Source of the DNA: Actinomycetota bacterium
GTDB taxonomy: Bacteria; Actinomycetota; UBA4738; HRBIN12
DNA length: 38,392 nucleotides
Reading direction: 5' to 3'
NCBI GenBank assembly: GCA_041486205.1
Contig: JBGPKY010000001.1
Coordinates: 1-38,392 of the forward strand
A program made the translations under genes and the position numbers. Shown here piece after piece: positions 17,950-26,277 of the stretch. The notes below the pieces were generated by a model. It ran no database searches. It saw only the letters and a program-made list of their open reading frames with translations, and was not told where the DNA came from. Position 1 is the stretch's first letter. Every line of letters begins with the position of its first letter.

Positions 17950-18620
17950 CTCGCGAGCGCTCGCGCTCTAGCGAAGACGGCATCGAGCATGGGCGCGGTC
18001 AGCTTGCCCGTGAAGGTGTTCTGCTGACTCGGGTGGAAGCTCCCGAGCAGCGCGAACGGACCGACCGCGGCTTCCGCCGCATGCCCGAACCTCGGCCGGG
18101 GCTTCGAACGGTGGCCGAGCTCGCCGAGCGCACGGAGCGCGCCGTCCCATGCGAACGCCCCGAGCGCCACCACCACGCGGACGTCGCCCAGCGCCTCGAG
18201 CTCGCGAACCAAGAACGGGAGACAACGGTCGCGCTCCTCGGGCGTCGGTTTGTTCCTGGGCGGAGCGCAACGATTGACGGCCGCGAGGTAGATGCCTCGA
18301 AGGACTAGGCCGTCGCCACGAGAAACCGACGTCGCTCGATCCGCCAACCCCGCCCGCGACAGCGACCCGAACAGGAAGTCCCCCGAGCGGTCGCCCGTGA
18401 ACATCCGCCCCGTGCGATTGCCGCCGTGCGCGGCCGGCGCGAGGCCCACAACGAGGATCCTGGCAGCCGGATCGCCGAACCCCGGCACCGGCCTGCCCCA
18501 GTACATTTCCTCCACGAAACGGGCGACCTTCTCGCGCGCCGCACGCTCGCGCCACTCGACCAGCCGCGGGCAAGCGCGGCACGCGACGATCTCGGCGTTC
18601 ACGCGGTCGAGCGCGCTCAC
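17946..18620 (-). CDS. udgB: uracil-DNA glycosylase family 5 (UdgB), 4Fe-4S type
   Basis: Carries CRACPRLVEWR and the family-5 motif VGLAPAAHGGNRTGRMFTGDRSGDFLF. The start is taken at GTG 18620, which overlaps the upstream ORF stop as GTGA. Confidence 0.8.
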   Translation of the reverse strand: MSALDRVNAEIVACRACPRLVEWRERAAREKVARFVEEMYWGRPVPGFGDPAARILVVGLAPAAHGGNRTGRMFTGDRSGDFLFGSLSRAGLADRATSVSRGDGLVLRGIYLAAVNRCAPPRNKPTPEERDRCLPFLVRELEALGDVRVVVALGAFAWDGALRALGELGHRSKPRPRFGHAAEAAVGPFALLGSFHPSQQNTFTGKLTAPMLDAVFARARALAS

Positions 18621-18934
18621 GCGAGAAGTGGGAGCCGTCCCCCGGCGGGGCCCTGCACGTCGCCTTCGTCGCCTGTGAGCGGGCGCCGCCCGGTCCCAGT
18701 CTCGATGAAGGTGATGTCGTCCCGGTTGAGCGAGGCCGGCGGTTCGAAGCCGAGCAGCCCGACGAGGACCTCCCGAGTGTCCGCGCACCCACCGACGGTG
18801 ACCCACGGCTCCCGGCCGCGAGCTCGCGCCATATCCAGCCCGTGGACCGCGATCTCGACGACGCGCGTCTTCAGGAACTCATCGAGGCGGATCGCCGTCA
18901 GCCTCGTTCGCAGAAGTCGGGGGGTGTCGCCCAT
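18617..18934 (-). CDS. short DinB/MDMPI-like protein (resembles only the C-terminal half of TIGR03083-type mycothiol-dependent enzymes)
   Basis: 105 aa containing EFLKTRVVEIAVHGLDMARA and ITFIETGTGRRPLT. TAGCAT lies 7 nt upstream of ATG 18934. An in-frame stop 33 nt upstream rules out a longer N-terminus. Confidence 0.45.
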   Translation of the reverse strand: MGDTPRLLRTRLTAIRLDEFLKTRVVEIAVHGLDMARARGREPWVTVGGCADTREVLVGLLGFEPPASLNRDDITFIETGTGRRPLTGDEGDVQGPAGGRLPLLA

Positions 18935-19016
18935 GCCGCCGATGCTACGACGGCCGGATACTCTGGTTCACCAGAAGAGCCGCTCCGGGGACCGAACCCC
19001 GGGAGAAGGGAGCCGC

Positions 19017-20033
19017 ATGAGCGCGCTGATCGAAGTCGCGAACCTCGTCAAGGTCTACCCGGACGGCACACGGGCCGTCGACGACGTCTCGTTCGACGTT
19101 CACGAAGGTGAGGTTTTCGGCTTCCTCGGCCCGAACGGTGCCGGAAAGACCACGATCATCCGGATCCTCGTGACGCTGCTGCCGAAGACCTCGGGCGGCG
19201 CCAGGGTGGGCGGGCACGACGTCAAGACGGACGCCGAGGCGGTCCGCCGCATGATCGGCTACGCCGGGCAGTTCATCGGGATCGACATCGACCTCACGGC
19301 TCGCGAGAACCTGGTCCTCCAAGGCCGTCTGCACGGCATGACATCGCAAACCGCCGGCCGTAGAGCTGGTGAGCTGCTCGAGCTGATGGCGCTCACCGAC
19401 GTACGCGACAAGCGGGCGGGGGCTTTCTCCGGAGGCATGAGGCGCCGGCTCGACCTCGCACAGGCGCTCGTTCACGAGCCTCAGCTCGTGTTCCTTGACG
19501 AGCCGACGACCGGGTTGGACCCCCAGACGCGGCTAGCACTCTGGAAACACCTCGAGGAGCTGAGCGAGGCCGGCACCACCATCTTCCTGACCACGCAGTA
19601 CCTGGAGGAGGCCGATCGGCTGGCGAGCCGCCTTGCGATCATCGACCACGGCCGTATCGCGGCCGATGGCACGCCGGCGGAGCTCAAGGCCGAAGTGGGT
19701 GGTGACGTCGTCACGATCACGCTCCCCGAGGACGCGGACGGCGAAGCCCTGCGCCGCGCGGCGGACGCGCTCGCGTCCTTCCCCGGCGCCGGGGCGCCGA
19801 CGGTGTTCGAGCGCTCGGTCGCCCTGCCCGTGAAAGATGCCGGCCGCAGCCTCTCCGACCTGGTTCGACGCATGGACGAGGTCGGCGTCGAGATCGCCAA
19901 GCTCTCGTTCTCGACGCCGACCCTCGACGAGGTCTTCCTTACGCACACCGGGGAGCGTATGCGCGTCGAAGAGAGCACGTCTCGTCCGCAGAGCTCGCTC
20001 AGCATGGCCGCGAGAAGGAGGGGCGCCCGATGA
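19017..20033 (+). CDS. ABC transporter ATPase, DrrA-like (ABC-2 type exporter)
   Basis: RBS GGGAGAAGGGAG, Walker A GPNGAGKTT, signature FSGGMRRRLDLAQAL and Walker B VFLDEPTTGLD. The start is taken at the internal ATG 19017 of track ORF 18426..20033. Confidence 0.85.
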   Translation: MSALIEVANLVKVYPDGTRAVDDVSFDVHEGEVFGFLGPNGAGKTTIIRILVTLLPKTSGGARVGGHDVKTDAEAVRRMIGYAGQFIGIDIDLTARENLVLQGRLHGMTSQTAGRRAGELLELMALTDVRDKRAGAFSGGMRRRLDLAQALVHEPQLVFLDEPTTGLDPQTRLALWKHLEELSEAGTTIFLTTQYLEEADRLASRLAIIDHGRIAADGTPAELKAEVGGDVVTITLPEDADGEALRRAADALASFPGAGAPTVFERSVALPVKDAGRSLSDLVRRMDEVGVEIAKLSFSTPTLDEVFLTHTGERMRVEESTSRPQSSLSMAARRRGAR

Positions 20034-20809
20034 TCCGAACCGTCACCGAGTCCACGATCATCCTTCGACGGAACCTGACGAAGTTGATCCGGGTCCCGAT
20101 GCTGCTGTTCTTCAGTTTGTTCCAACCGCTGCTCTGGCTGCTGCTGTTCACGCAGATCTTCAAGAAGTTCGGTGATTTCCCGCAGTTCCAGGCGCTGGGT
20201 TTCTCCAGCTACCTCATGTTCTTCGCGCCGAGCGTGCTGGTCATGACCGTCCTCACGTCGGCGTTCCAGTCCGGTATGGGCATGGTGGCCGACCTCGAAC
20301 AGGGCATGCTCGACAAGTTCCTCATCAGCCCGATCCGCCGCTCCAGCGTCCTGGTCGGCAAGGTCGTGGCCGATGCGACGCGGATGCTTCTCCAGGGGGT
20401 GCTGATCCTGGTCGTCGCGCTCGCGATGGGCGCCCGCGTCCACACGGGGATCGTCGGCGCGCTGGTCATGCTCGTGACGGCCGCTCTCTTCGGCGTCGCG
20501 TGGGCTGGCTTGTCGAACATAGTCGCGCTTCGCACGCGCAACTCAGAGCTCACGATGATGATCGGGATCCTGCTCACGTTCCCGCTGCTCTTCCTGTCGA
20601 CCGCGATGATGCCGCCAGGGCTCCTACCCTCGTGGCTGGAGACGGTCAGCAAGTTCAACCCGGTGAGCTACGTCATCGACACCTGCCGGGCCTTCATGAA
20701 CTTCCGCTACGACTGGGGGCAGCTCGTGAAGACCCTCGGAGTGATCGCCGCCGTCGGCGCCGTCACCATGTCCGGTGCCACTCGCGCCTTCCGCAAGGCG
20801 ACGTCCTGA
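20030..20809 (+). CDS. ABC-2 type transporter permease, DrrB-like
   Basis: 259 aa with about six TM segments. ATGA overlap with the ATPase gene. Confidence 0.8.
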   Translation: MIRTVTESTIILRRNLTKLIRVPMLLFFSLFQPLLWLLLFTQIFKKFGDFPQFQALGFSSYLMFFAPSVLVMTVLTSAFQSGMGMVADLEQGMLDKFLISPIRRSSVLVGKVVADATRMLLQGVLILVVALAMGARVHTGIVGALVMLVTAALFGVAWAGLSNIVALRTRNSELTMMIGILLTFPLLFLSTAMMPPGLLPSWLETVSKFNPVSYVIDTCRAFMNFRYDWGQLVKTLGVIAAVGAVTMSGATRAFRKATS

Positions 20810-20900
20810 CCGACCGTTTGACGCCGGAGGAACCTCGCCGTAGGTTTCGGGACGACCGCGCATAACCGTCCGCGGAACCCCGCGGAGAGAGGAGCCCACC

Positions 20901-22799
20901 ATGCGAAGGTCCCGAATCGCGCTCGTCGTCGGCTCGGTCCTGCTCATCGCCGCCGTGGCGTTCCCGGCGTCGGCGAACCCCGGCCGCATACGGCTCACAG
21001 CGAGTCGATCGTCGATCGCGAAACCTTCCGCCTACGTCGGGCCGGCCCGCGCTTCGGATCGGATCGACATCCAGGTCTACCTCGGTCTCCGCGATACCGC
21101 CAGCGCCAAGGCCTTCGTAGGCTCGGTGTCGGACCCATCCAGCTCAAGCTACGCGCACTACCTGACGCCTACGCAGTTCAGGGCCCGGTTCTCGCGGCCG
21201 CAGACCGACGCCGACGCCGTCGCGAGCTGGCTCCGAAGCCAGGGTTTCGCGGTCGGTCAGATCCCCGCGAACCACATCTACGTTCCCGCCACAGGTTCCG
21301 TGGCGCAGGCGGAACGCGCGTTCGGAGTACAGCTGAACGAGTACAGGGTGGGCAAGCAAGTGCTGCGCGCACCGGCGACCGCTCCGTCCGTACCTTCTTC
21401 GCTGGCGGGCCTCGTGCGAGGGGTACTCGGCCTCGACGAGGACGTGATGCAACCCGCAGTCGCGCAGGCGCCGCCGCCGGCGGGGTTCCGCGTCGGGCAC
21501 CCTTGCTCGAGCTACTGGGCCGAGAAGATGGCAACGAAGAAGCCCCCGGCGTACGGCGCGACGCAGCCCTGGGCACCCTGCGGATACACACCGCAGCAAC
21601 TCCGGGGCGCATACGGGATCGCGGACGCGATCGCCGCCGGGAACGACGGGACGGGCGTGACGGTGGGGATCGTCGACGCGTACCTGCCGCCGACGCTCCA
21701 GGATGACCTCGACACCTACTCGTCGCTCCACGGCCTACCGCAGACGACGATGGAGATCCACTCGGTTCCGCCGGTGCACGGCCCGCTAGGCGTCCAGCAG
21801 GGCTGGTACGGCGAGTCGACGCTCGACGTCGAGGCCGTTCACTCCATGGCGCCCGGCGCCGGCATCCTGTTCTGGGGAACGGGAAGCGGGAACGGCGTCG
21901 ACATGCGGGTCGGCCTGACGGACATCATCGACAACGCCCGCGCCGACATCGTGTCGAACTCGTACGGGAGCGGCAAGGGCGAACAAGGCCCGAACGCCGG
22001 CACCACCGTCGCTGCCGATACCGATCTGTTCCTGCAGGCAGGGGCCGAGGGCATCGGGTTGTACTTCTCATCCGGTGACGACGGCGACGGCGTCGCTGCG
22101 CTCGGCCACAGGAGCGTTGAGCTCCCCGCTTCGAACCCGTACGTAACGGCCGTCGGCGGCACCAGCCTCGCGGTCGGCTCGAGCAACGACTACCTGTTCG
22201 AGACCGGATGGGGAAGCGGCAACAGCTACCTCACCCACGGCGTGTGGAAACCGCGGCCACCCGGTGACTTCTACTACGGGGGGGGCGGAGGAACGAGCAA
22301 GCTCTTCGACGAGCCCGCGTACCAGGTCGGCGTCGTGCCGGACTCACTCTCCGGCTGGTGGGGCGCGTCGAACCGTGTCGTCCCGGACATCGCGACGGTC
22401 GGGGACCCGAACACCGGTTTCCTGGTCGGCGAGACGCAGGCGTTCCCCGAGGGCGTGATGTACGACGAGTACCGGATCGGTGGGACGAGCCTGTCCTCAC
22501 CGCTGTTCGCCGGGATCATGGCCCTGGCCGACCAGCGGGCGGGCTTCCACCACGGCTTCGCGAACCCGGTGCTCTATGCGCTCAACGGCACCTCGGCCGT
22601 CCGCGACATCGTCGACCCGGCGTCGATGATCGCCGTCGTCCGGGCGAACTTCATCAACGGCGTCGACAGCAGCGCCGGCAAGTATTGGCCGCTCCGGACG
22701 ATGAACTTCACCGGAACGCTCCACACGATCGCCGGCTACGACGACGTGACGGGCGTCGGCACGCCGAACGGGGAAGCGTTCCTCAACGCGCTGAGCTAG
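20901..22799 (+). CDS. secreted S53 (sedolisin/kumamolisin-like) serine peptidase with pro-domain
   Basis: Signal peptide, a pro-kumamolisin-like activation region (SYAHYLTPTQFRARF...WLRSQGF) and the catalytic Ser block IGGTSLSSPLFAGIMAL. RBS GAGAGAGGAG. Confidence 0.8.
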   Translation: MRRSRIALVVGSVLLIAAVAFPASANPGRIRLTASRSSIAKPSAYVGPARASDRIDIQVYLGLRDTASAKAFVGSVSDPSSSSYAHYLTPTQFRARFSRPQTDADAVASWLRSQGFAVGQIPANHIYVPATGSVAQAERAFGVQLNEYRVGKQVLRAPATAPSVPSSLAGLVRGVLGLDEDVMQPAVAQAPPPAGFRVGHPCSSYWAEKMATKKPPAYGATQPWAPCGYTPQQLRGAYGIADAIAAGNDGTGVTVGIVDAYLPPTLQDDLDTYSSLHGLPQTTMEIHSVPPVHGPLGVQQGWYGESTLDVEAVHSMAPGAGILFWGTGSGNGVDMRVGLTDIIDNARADIVSNSYGSGKGEQGPNAGTTVAADTDLFLQAGAEGIGLYFSSGDDGDGVAALGHRSVELPASNPYVTAVGGTSLAVGSSNDYLFETGWGSGNSYLTHGVWKPRPPGDFYYGGGGGTSKLFDEPAYQVGVVPDSLSGWWGASNRVVPDIATVGDPNTGFLVGETQAFPEGVMYDEYRIGGTSLSSPLFAGIMALADQRAGFHHGFANPVLYALNGTSAVRDIVDPASMIAVVRANFINGVDSSAGKYWPLRTMNFTGTLHTIAGYDDVTGVGTPNGEAFLNALS

Positions 22800-22814
22800 G
22801 CGAGCTGTGAGCAG

Positions 22815-22846
22815 GGGCGCTGCGGGCCGTTAGGTCCGCAGCGCCC
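22815..22846. terminator. bidirectional terminator-like hairpin between convergent genes
   Basis: Perfect 11-bp stem GGGCGCTGCGG/CCGCAGCGCCC with a 10-nt loop. The loop contains the stop codon of the minus-strand ORF. Confidence 0.55.
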
Positions 22847-23228
22847 GGAACCGCTCGGCCGCCGGGCCGAACGCCTCCAGCGGATAGAGCAGATCCTGGA
22901 TGGTCCCGATCAGTCCTTCGAACCCAACCGGGTCGGGCGCCTCGAGTCGCAGCCGCTCCGCCATCGCGAGCGCCCGCGTCAACCCTTCGTACGCAGCGCC
23001 CCATTCGCTCTCCAGGGCCCCGACCCTCCATCCGTCCATCAGCGCATCGGCTGCGCTCAGCGCCTCCTCGAACTCCAGCAGTGTCTCCGCGAACGGCCGC
23101 CCGGGAAGCCGGGTCGTGGGCACGGAGTCCGTCAGCGCGGCCTTCGAGCGCTCAACCGGCTCCAAGACCGCGAGGAACGCCTCGAACGGTCCGACCAGCG
23201 ACTCAGGCAAGCGCTTGCGCCGGAACAC
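22830..23228 (-). CDS. hypothetical helical protein
   Basis: 132 aa from GTG 23228, 2 nt after the GDPD stop. I recognise no family. The upstream part of the track ORF overlaps GDPD. Confidence 0.45.
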   Translation of the reverse strand: MFRRKRLPESLVGPFEAFLAVLEPVERSKAALTDSVPTTRLPGRPFAETLLEFEEALSAADALMDGWRVGALESEWGAAYEGLTRALAMAERLRLEAPDPVGFEGLIGTIQDLLYPLEAFGPAAERFRALRT

Positions 23229-23230
23229 CT

Positions 23231-24046
23231 CTACCCGCGCCGCTCCGCGAGAACCGCCGCCGCCGTCGCAGGGTCGTTGCTCGCGACAGCGTCCACGCCC
23301 CAGCCGAACATCTTCCGGATGGTCGGCGCGTCGTCGACGGTCCACGTCCCCACCCGCACATCGGCCGCGTGAGCCGCAGCGACGAACTCTTGACCCGCCC
23401 CGAGCAAAGCGCGCGAGCCCGGCAGCACGAAGTCGTGGCCGGCTTCCCTGGCGTGAGCGAGTGCAGCCGCAGGAGCCACTCCGTCCGCGGTGAGGAACCC
23501 GGTCGGCAGCTCCGGCGCGAGGCGCCTCACCGCCGCGACAGAGTGCGGGTTGAACGACAGGAACAACACGGGGCCGGCGAACCCACTTCGTTCCAGGTCC
23601 GCGACGCTCTCCTCCACCGCCCGCTCACGGTCGGCCTCGAAGGCCGGATCGCCGGGGATGTTCTTCATCTCCAGCGCCACACCACCGCGGCCGGAGACAA
23701 GCTCGAGCACGTCGATGAGCGTAGGCACGCCGCGATCGCCTCCGCCGTTCAGCGCGAGCACCTGCTCCAGGGTGAGCTCGTGAACGAACCCGATCCCGTC
23801 CGTCGTGCGGGAAACGTCGGCGTCGTGTATGACGACCGCGGCTCCGTCGGCGGTCAGCCGAACGTCCATCTCGACAAGCTGTGCGCCGGTCCGCAGCGCC
23901 TCCTCGAAGGACGCGAGCGTGTTCTCGGGACGGGTCGAGGACGCGCCGCGATGAGCTACCACGATAGGGAAGTCCTCGGGCTTGAACCCGCGTTCAACCA
24001 TTGCGCTCGGAAAACCCGCGGGGGTATAGTCGGCGACGAACTTCAC
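23231..24046 (-). CDS. glycerophosphodiester phosphodiesterase (GDPD/UgpQ-like)
   Basis: Carries VVAHRGASSTRPENTLASFEEA...VEMDVRLTADG. The start is ambiguous: GTG 24046 or ATG 24001. Confidence 0.85.
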   Translation of the reverse strand: MKFVADYTPAGFPSAMVERGFKPEDFPIVVAHRGASSTRPENTLASFEEALRTGAQLVEMDVRLTADGAAVVIHDADVSRTTDGIGFVHELTLEQVLALNGGGDRGVPTLIDVLELVSGRGGVALEMKNIPGDPAFEADRERAVEESVADLERSGFAGPVLFLSFNPHSVAAVRRLAPELPTGFLTADGVAPAAALAHAREAGHDFVLPGSRALLGAGQEFVAAAHAADVRVGTWTVDDAPTIRKMFGWGVDAVASNDPATAAAVLAERRG

Positions 24047-24114
24047 CCCGCGTGCTCAACCCGAGTCGGACTGTGCCCCAACTGAATCTCCGGTCAAGGC
24101 AGATAGGTGCCGCT

Positions 24115-24366
24115 TTGAACTGGTTCCAGGAGGCCATCTGCATAGGCAAGGATCCCGAGCTGTTCTTCCCCATCGGCTCGACTGGGCCGGCGGCCATCCA
24201 AGCCGAGAAGGCGAAGGCCGTCTGCGTGGGCTGCCCCGTTCGCGAAGAGTGCCTCGATTGGGCGCTGACGACCGGCCAAGATGCGGGGGTCTGGGGCGGG
24301 CTTTCCGAGGAAGAGCGTAGGGCTCTCACGCGTGCCCGGCGACGCGAGCGGCTCGCGGTCGGCTGA
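24115..24366 (+). CDS. whiB1: WhiB family Fe-S transcription factor, WhiB1-like
   Basis: From TTG 24115 the product is 83 aa, (M)NWFQEAIC...C-x2-C-x5-C...GVWGG plus a basic tail, and it appears colinear with WhiB1 as I recall it. The longer track ORF overlaps GDPD. A TATAGT box lies at 24025..24030. Confidence 0.8.
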   Translation: MNWFQEAICIGKDPELFFPIGSTGPAAIQAEKAKAVCVGCPVREECLDWALTTGQDAGVWGGLSEEERRALTRARRRERLAVG

Positions 24367-24378
24367 GATCCGGGCCCC

Positions 24379-25041
24379 TCACACGAGGCTCGATGGGCAG
24401 AGCCGACTGACCGGGCAGTCACCGCACCTCGGCTTTCGAGCTTCGCAGATCGCGCGCCCATGGTCGATCAGCGCGTACGTGAAGTCGAACCACACCTTCT
24501 TGGGGATGGCGCTCATCAGGTCCCGCTCGACCTTGTCGGGGTCGTTCTGCGTCGTGAACCCGAGCCGCTGGGCAAGCCGGCGCACGTGAGTATCGACTGC
24601 GATGCCTTCGACCTTGCTGTAGGCGTTCCCCAAGACGATGTTGGCCGTCTTGCGAGCAACGCCGGGGAGCGTTACCAGGTCCTCCATCGTGTCGGGGACC
24701 TTTCCTCCATAGACTTCAACGATGCGGGCGCAAGCGCCTCGGACGGACTTCGTCTTCTGGTTGAAGAAGCCCGTCGGCTTGATGTCGGTGGCGAGCTCCG
24801 ATTCCGGGACCTTGAGATAGTCCTCAGGCTTGCGGTACTTCTTGAACAGGATCTTCGTCACCTTGTTCACGCGCTCGTCGGTGCACTGTGCGGACAGGAT
24901 CGTGGCAACGAGCATCTCGAGCGGGTTCGAGAACTCGAGCGCGACGTGCGCATCCGGGTACGTTCTCGACAACACGCTCACGATCTCAGGCGCGCGATCC
25001 CCGATTGGGCTGCTACTGTCGAGCTTCTCCTTCGCGGGCAT
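24379..25041 (-). CDS. nth: endonuclease III
   Basis: HhH-GPD block LVATILSAQCTDERVNKVT and the C-terminal Fe-S motif C-x6-C-x2-C-x5-C. Confidence 0.9.
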   Translation of the reverse strand: MPAKEKLDSSSPIGDRAPEIVSVLSRTYPDAHVALEFSNPLEMLVATILSAQCTDERVNKVTKILFKKYRKPEDYLKVPESELATDIKPTGFFNQKTKSVRGACARIVEVYGGKVPDTMEDLVTLPGVARKTANIVLGNAYSKVEGIAVDTHVRRLAQRLGFTTQNDPDKVERDLMSAIPKKVWFDFTYALIDHGRAICEARKPRCGDCPVSRLCPSSLV

Positions 25042-25050
25042 CCCCGAACC

Positions 25051-25971
25051 CTACCCGACCGGCGGCTTGACGCTCTCGTCGATCGTGAGCCTGAAGACGT
25101 CCGGCCGAGAGTAGTGCCCGACCGGGTCGAACTTGTACCTCTCGGCTCGCGCATGGTCGGCATCGACCTCGGCGTACAGGATCCCTTCCTCTTTGACGAG
25201 GGGGCCCGCGAGCAGCTGCCCGTCGGGGTCAACGATGGCCGAGTAGCCGTCGTTCGCCCAGTCTTCCGCGCCTCCCCACAGCTCGCGGCCGATAGTGCCG
25301 TCGGGGATGTCGGAGCCGCGGAGCAGCGTCGTCACGCCGATCACGTAGACCCGCCCCTCGCGCGCGATGTGCCGGAGCGTCGCCACCCAGTTGTCGCCGT
25401 TGTCCCACGTCGCGGCCGTCCATATGTCAACGCCCTTCGCGTACATCGCCATCCGCGCGAGCGGCATGAAGTTCTCCCAACAGATGAGGCCGCCCACGTT
25501 GCCGAAGGGTGTCTCGACCACGTGCAGGTCCGAGCCGTCGCCCATCCCCCAAACGAGCCGTTCGGGACCGGTCGGCATGAGCTTGCGGTGCCGACCGACC
25601 AGCGTGCCGTCGGGGGCGAACTCGAGCTGCGTGTTATAGAGGGTGCCCCGGTTCTCGACCCGCTCGTTCACGCCGACCGACACGAACGTCTTCGCCTGCC
25701 TGGCCGCCTTGCCGATTGCCTCGGTGACCGGCCCGGGGACGTCCACCGACTGATCGCGAAGGCGAGCGAACAACGAATCGAAAGGTTCGCCCCACGACGT
25801 GGTGCGCCAGATCCAGTCCGGGTAGGTTGGGATGAAGGTCTCGGGGAGGACCACGAGGCCGGCGCCGTTCGAGCCAGCTTCCTTGACGAGATCGCATACC
25901 TTCTCGACCGTAGCTTCGCGATCCAGGAAGACGGGGGTTGCCTGGACCGCCGCCACCATGACCTTCTTCAT
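25051..25971 (-). CDS. nitrilase (branch-1 C-N hydrolase)
   Basis: Catalytic triad contexts VLPETFIP, HRKLMPT and LICWENFMPLAR. RBS GGGAG. Confidence 0.8.
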   Translation of the reverse strand: MKKVMVAAVQATPVFLDREATVEKVCDLVKEAGSNGAGLVVLPETFIPTYPDWIWRTTSWGEPFDSLFARLRDQSVDVPGPVTEAIGKAARQAKTFVSVGVNERVENRGTLYNTQLEFAPDGTLVGRHRKLMPTGPERLVWGMGDGSDLHVVETPFGNVGGLICWENFMPLARMAMYAKGVDIWTAATWDNGDNWVATLRHIAREGRVYVIGVTTLLRGSDIPDGTIGRELWGGAEDWANDGYSAIVDPDGQLLAGPLVKEEGILYAEVDADHARAERYKFDPVGHYSRPDVFRLTIDESVKPPVG

Positions 25972-25981
25972 CGAGCTCCCA

Positions 25982-26254
25982 TCAGGCGAGGCGATGCCAG
26001 ATCCGGGTCTCCCACTCGAGGCCCTCGGTCCCGGCCTCGCGGTTGAAGTCGTCTCCCCATTTGTCGGTCGACGACATCATGTGGTCGTGGGAGTCCCATT
26101 CGGACATCGTCGTGACTTCGTTCGGGTTCGATTCGGCGAACCAAGCCGTTTGGTTCCGTGCGCCGTCCTTCTCGAACAGCGGCTCGTACTTCGCGATGGT
26201 CGCCTTGAACCGCTCGGCGTCGGGAACCGTCACTCGGAACTGAACCAGAACCAT
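25982..26254 (-). CDS. small ABM/Dabb-like (ferredoxin-fold) protein
   Basis: 90 aa from the internal ATG 26254, with a strong RBS GAAGGAGGGAG. The MVLVQFRV... beta-alpha-beta pattern is weakly ABM-like. Confidence 0.45.
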   Translation of the reverse strand: MVLVQFRVTVPDAERFKATIAKYEPLFEKDGARNQTAWFAESNPNEVTTMSEWDSHDHMMSSTDKWGDDFNREAGTEGLEWETRIWHRLA

Positions 26255-26277
26255 CTCTCCCTCCTTCTCAACGCGGG

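Noticed and set aside
22278-22285. G8 homopolymer tracts, one inside the S53 coding region (22278..22285, encoding the GGGGG run) and one in the spacer at 29740..29747, considered as slipped-strand phase-variation sites.
   Set aside because: G/C runs of this length are not unusual in very GC-rich genomes. The coding-region run encodes a poly-Gly loop and the frame is intact. Phase variation cannot be evaluated from a single sequence.
23982-23997. Palindrome TTGAAC-CCGC-GTTCAA (CRP/FNR-like 5-N6-5 geometry) upstream of the whiB1-like gene, considered as a CRP-family site because I recall whiB1 being CRP-regulated in M. tuberculosis.
   Set aside because: Six-bp-arm palindromes are expected several times by chance in 38 kb. 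This one lies inside the GDPD coding sequence and does not match the TGTGA-N6-TCACA consensus. I cannot support it without comparative data.
25051-25971. Assignment of the nitrilase to the known Nit1C cluster, or to the agmatine/N-carbamoylputrescine amidase route.
   Set aside because: The Nit1C partners (radical SAM, AIR-synthase-like, flavin monooxygenase) are absent. The active-site context CWENFMP is nitrilase-type rather than CPA-type, and no agmatine deiminase is present.
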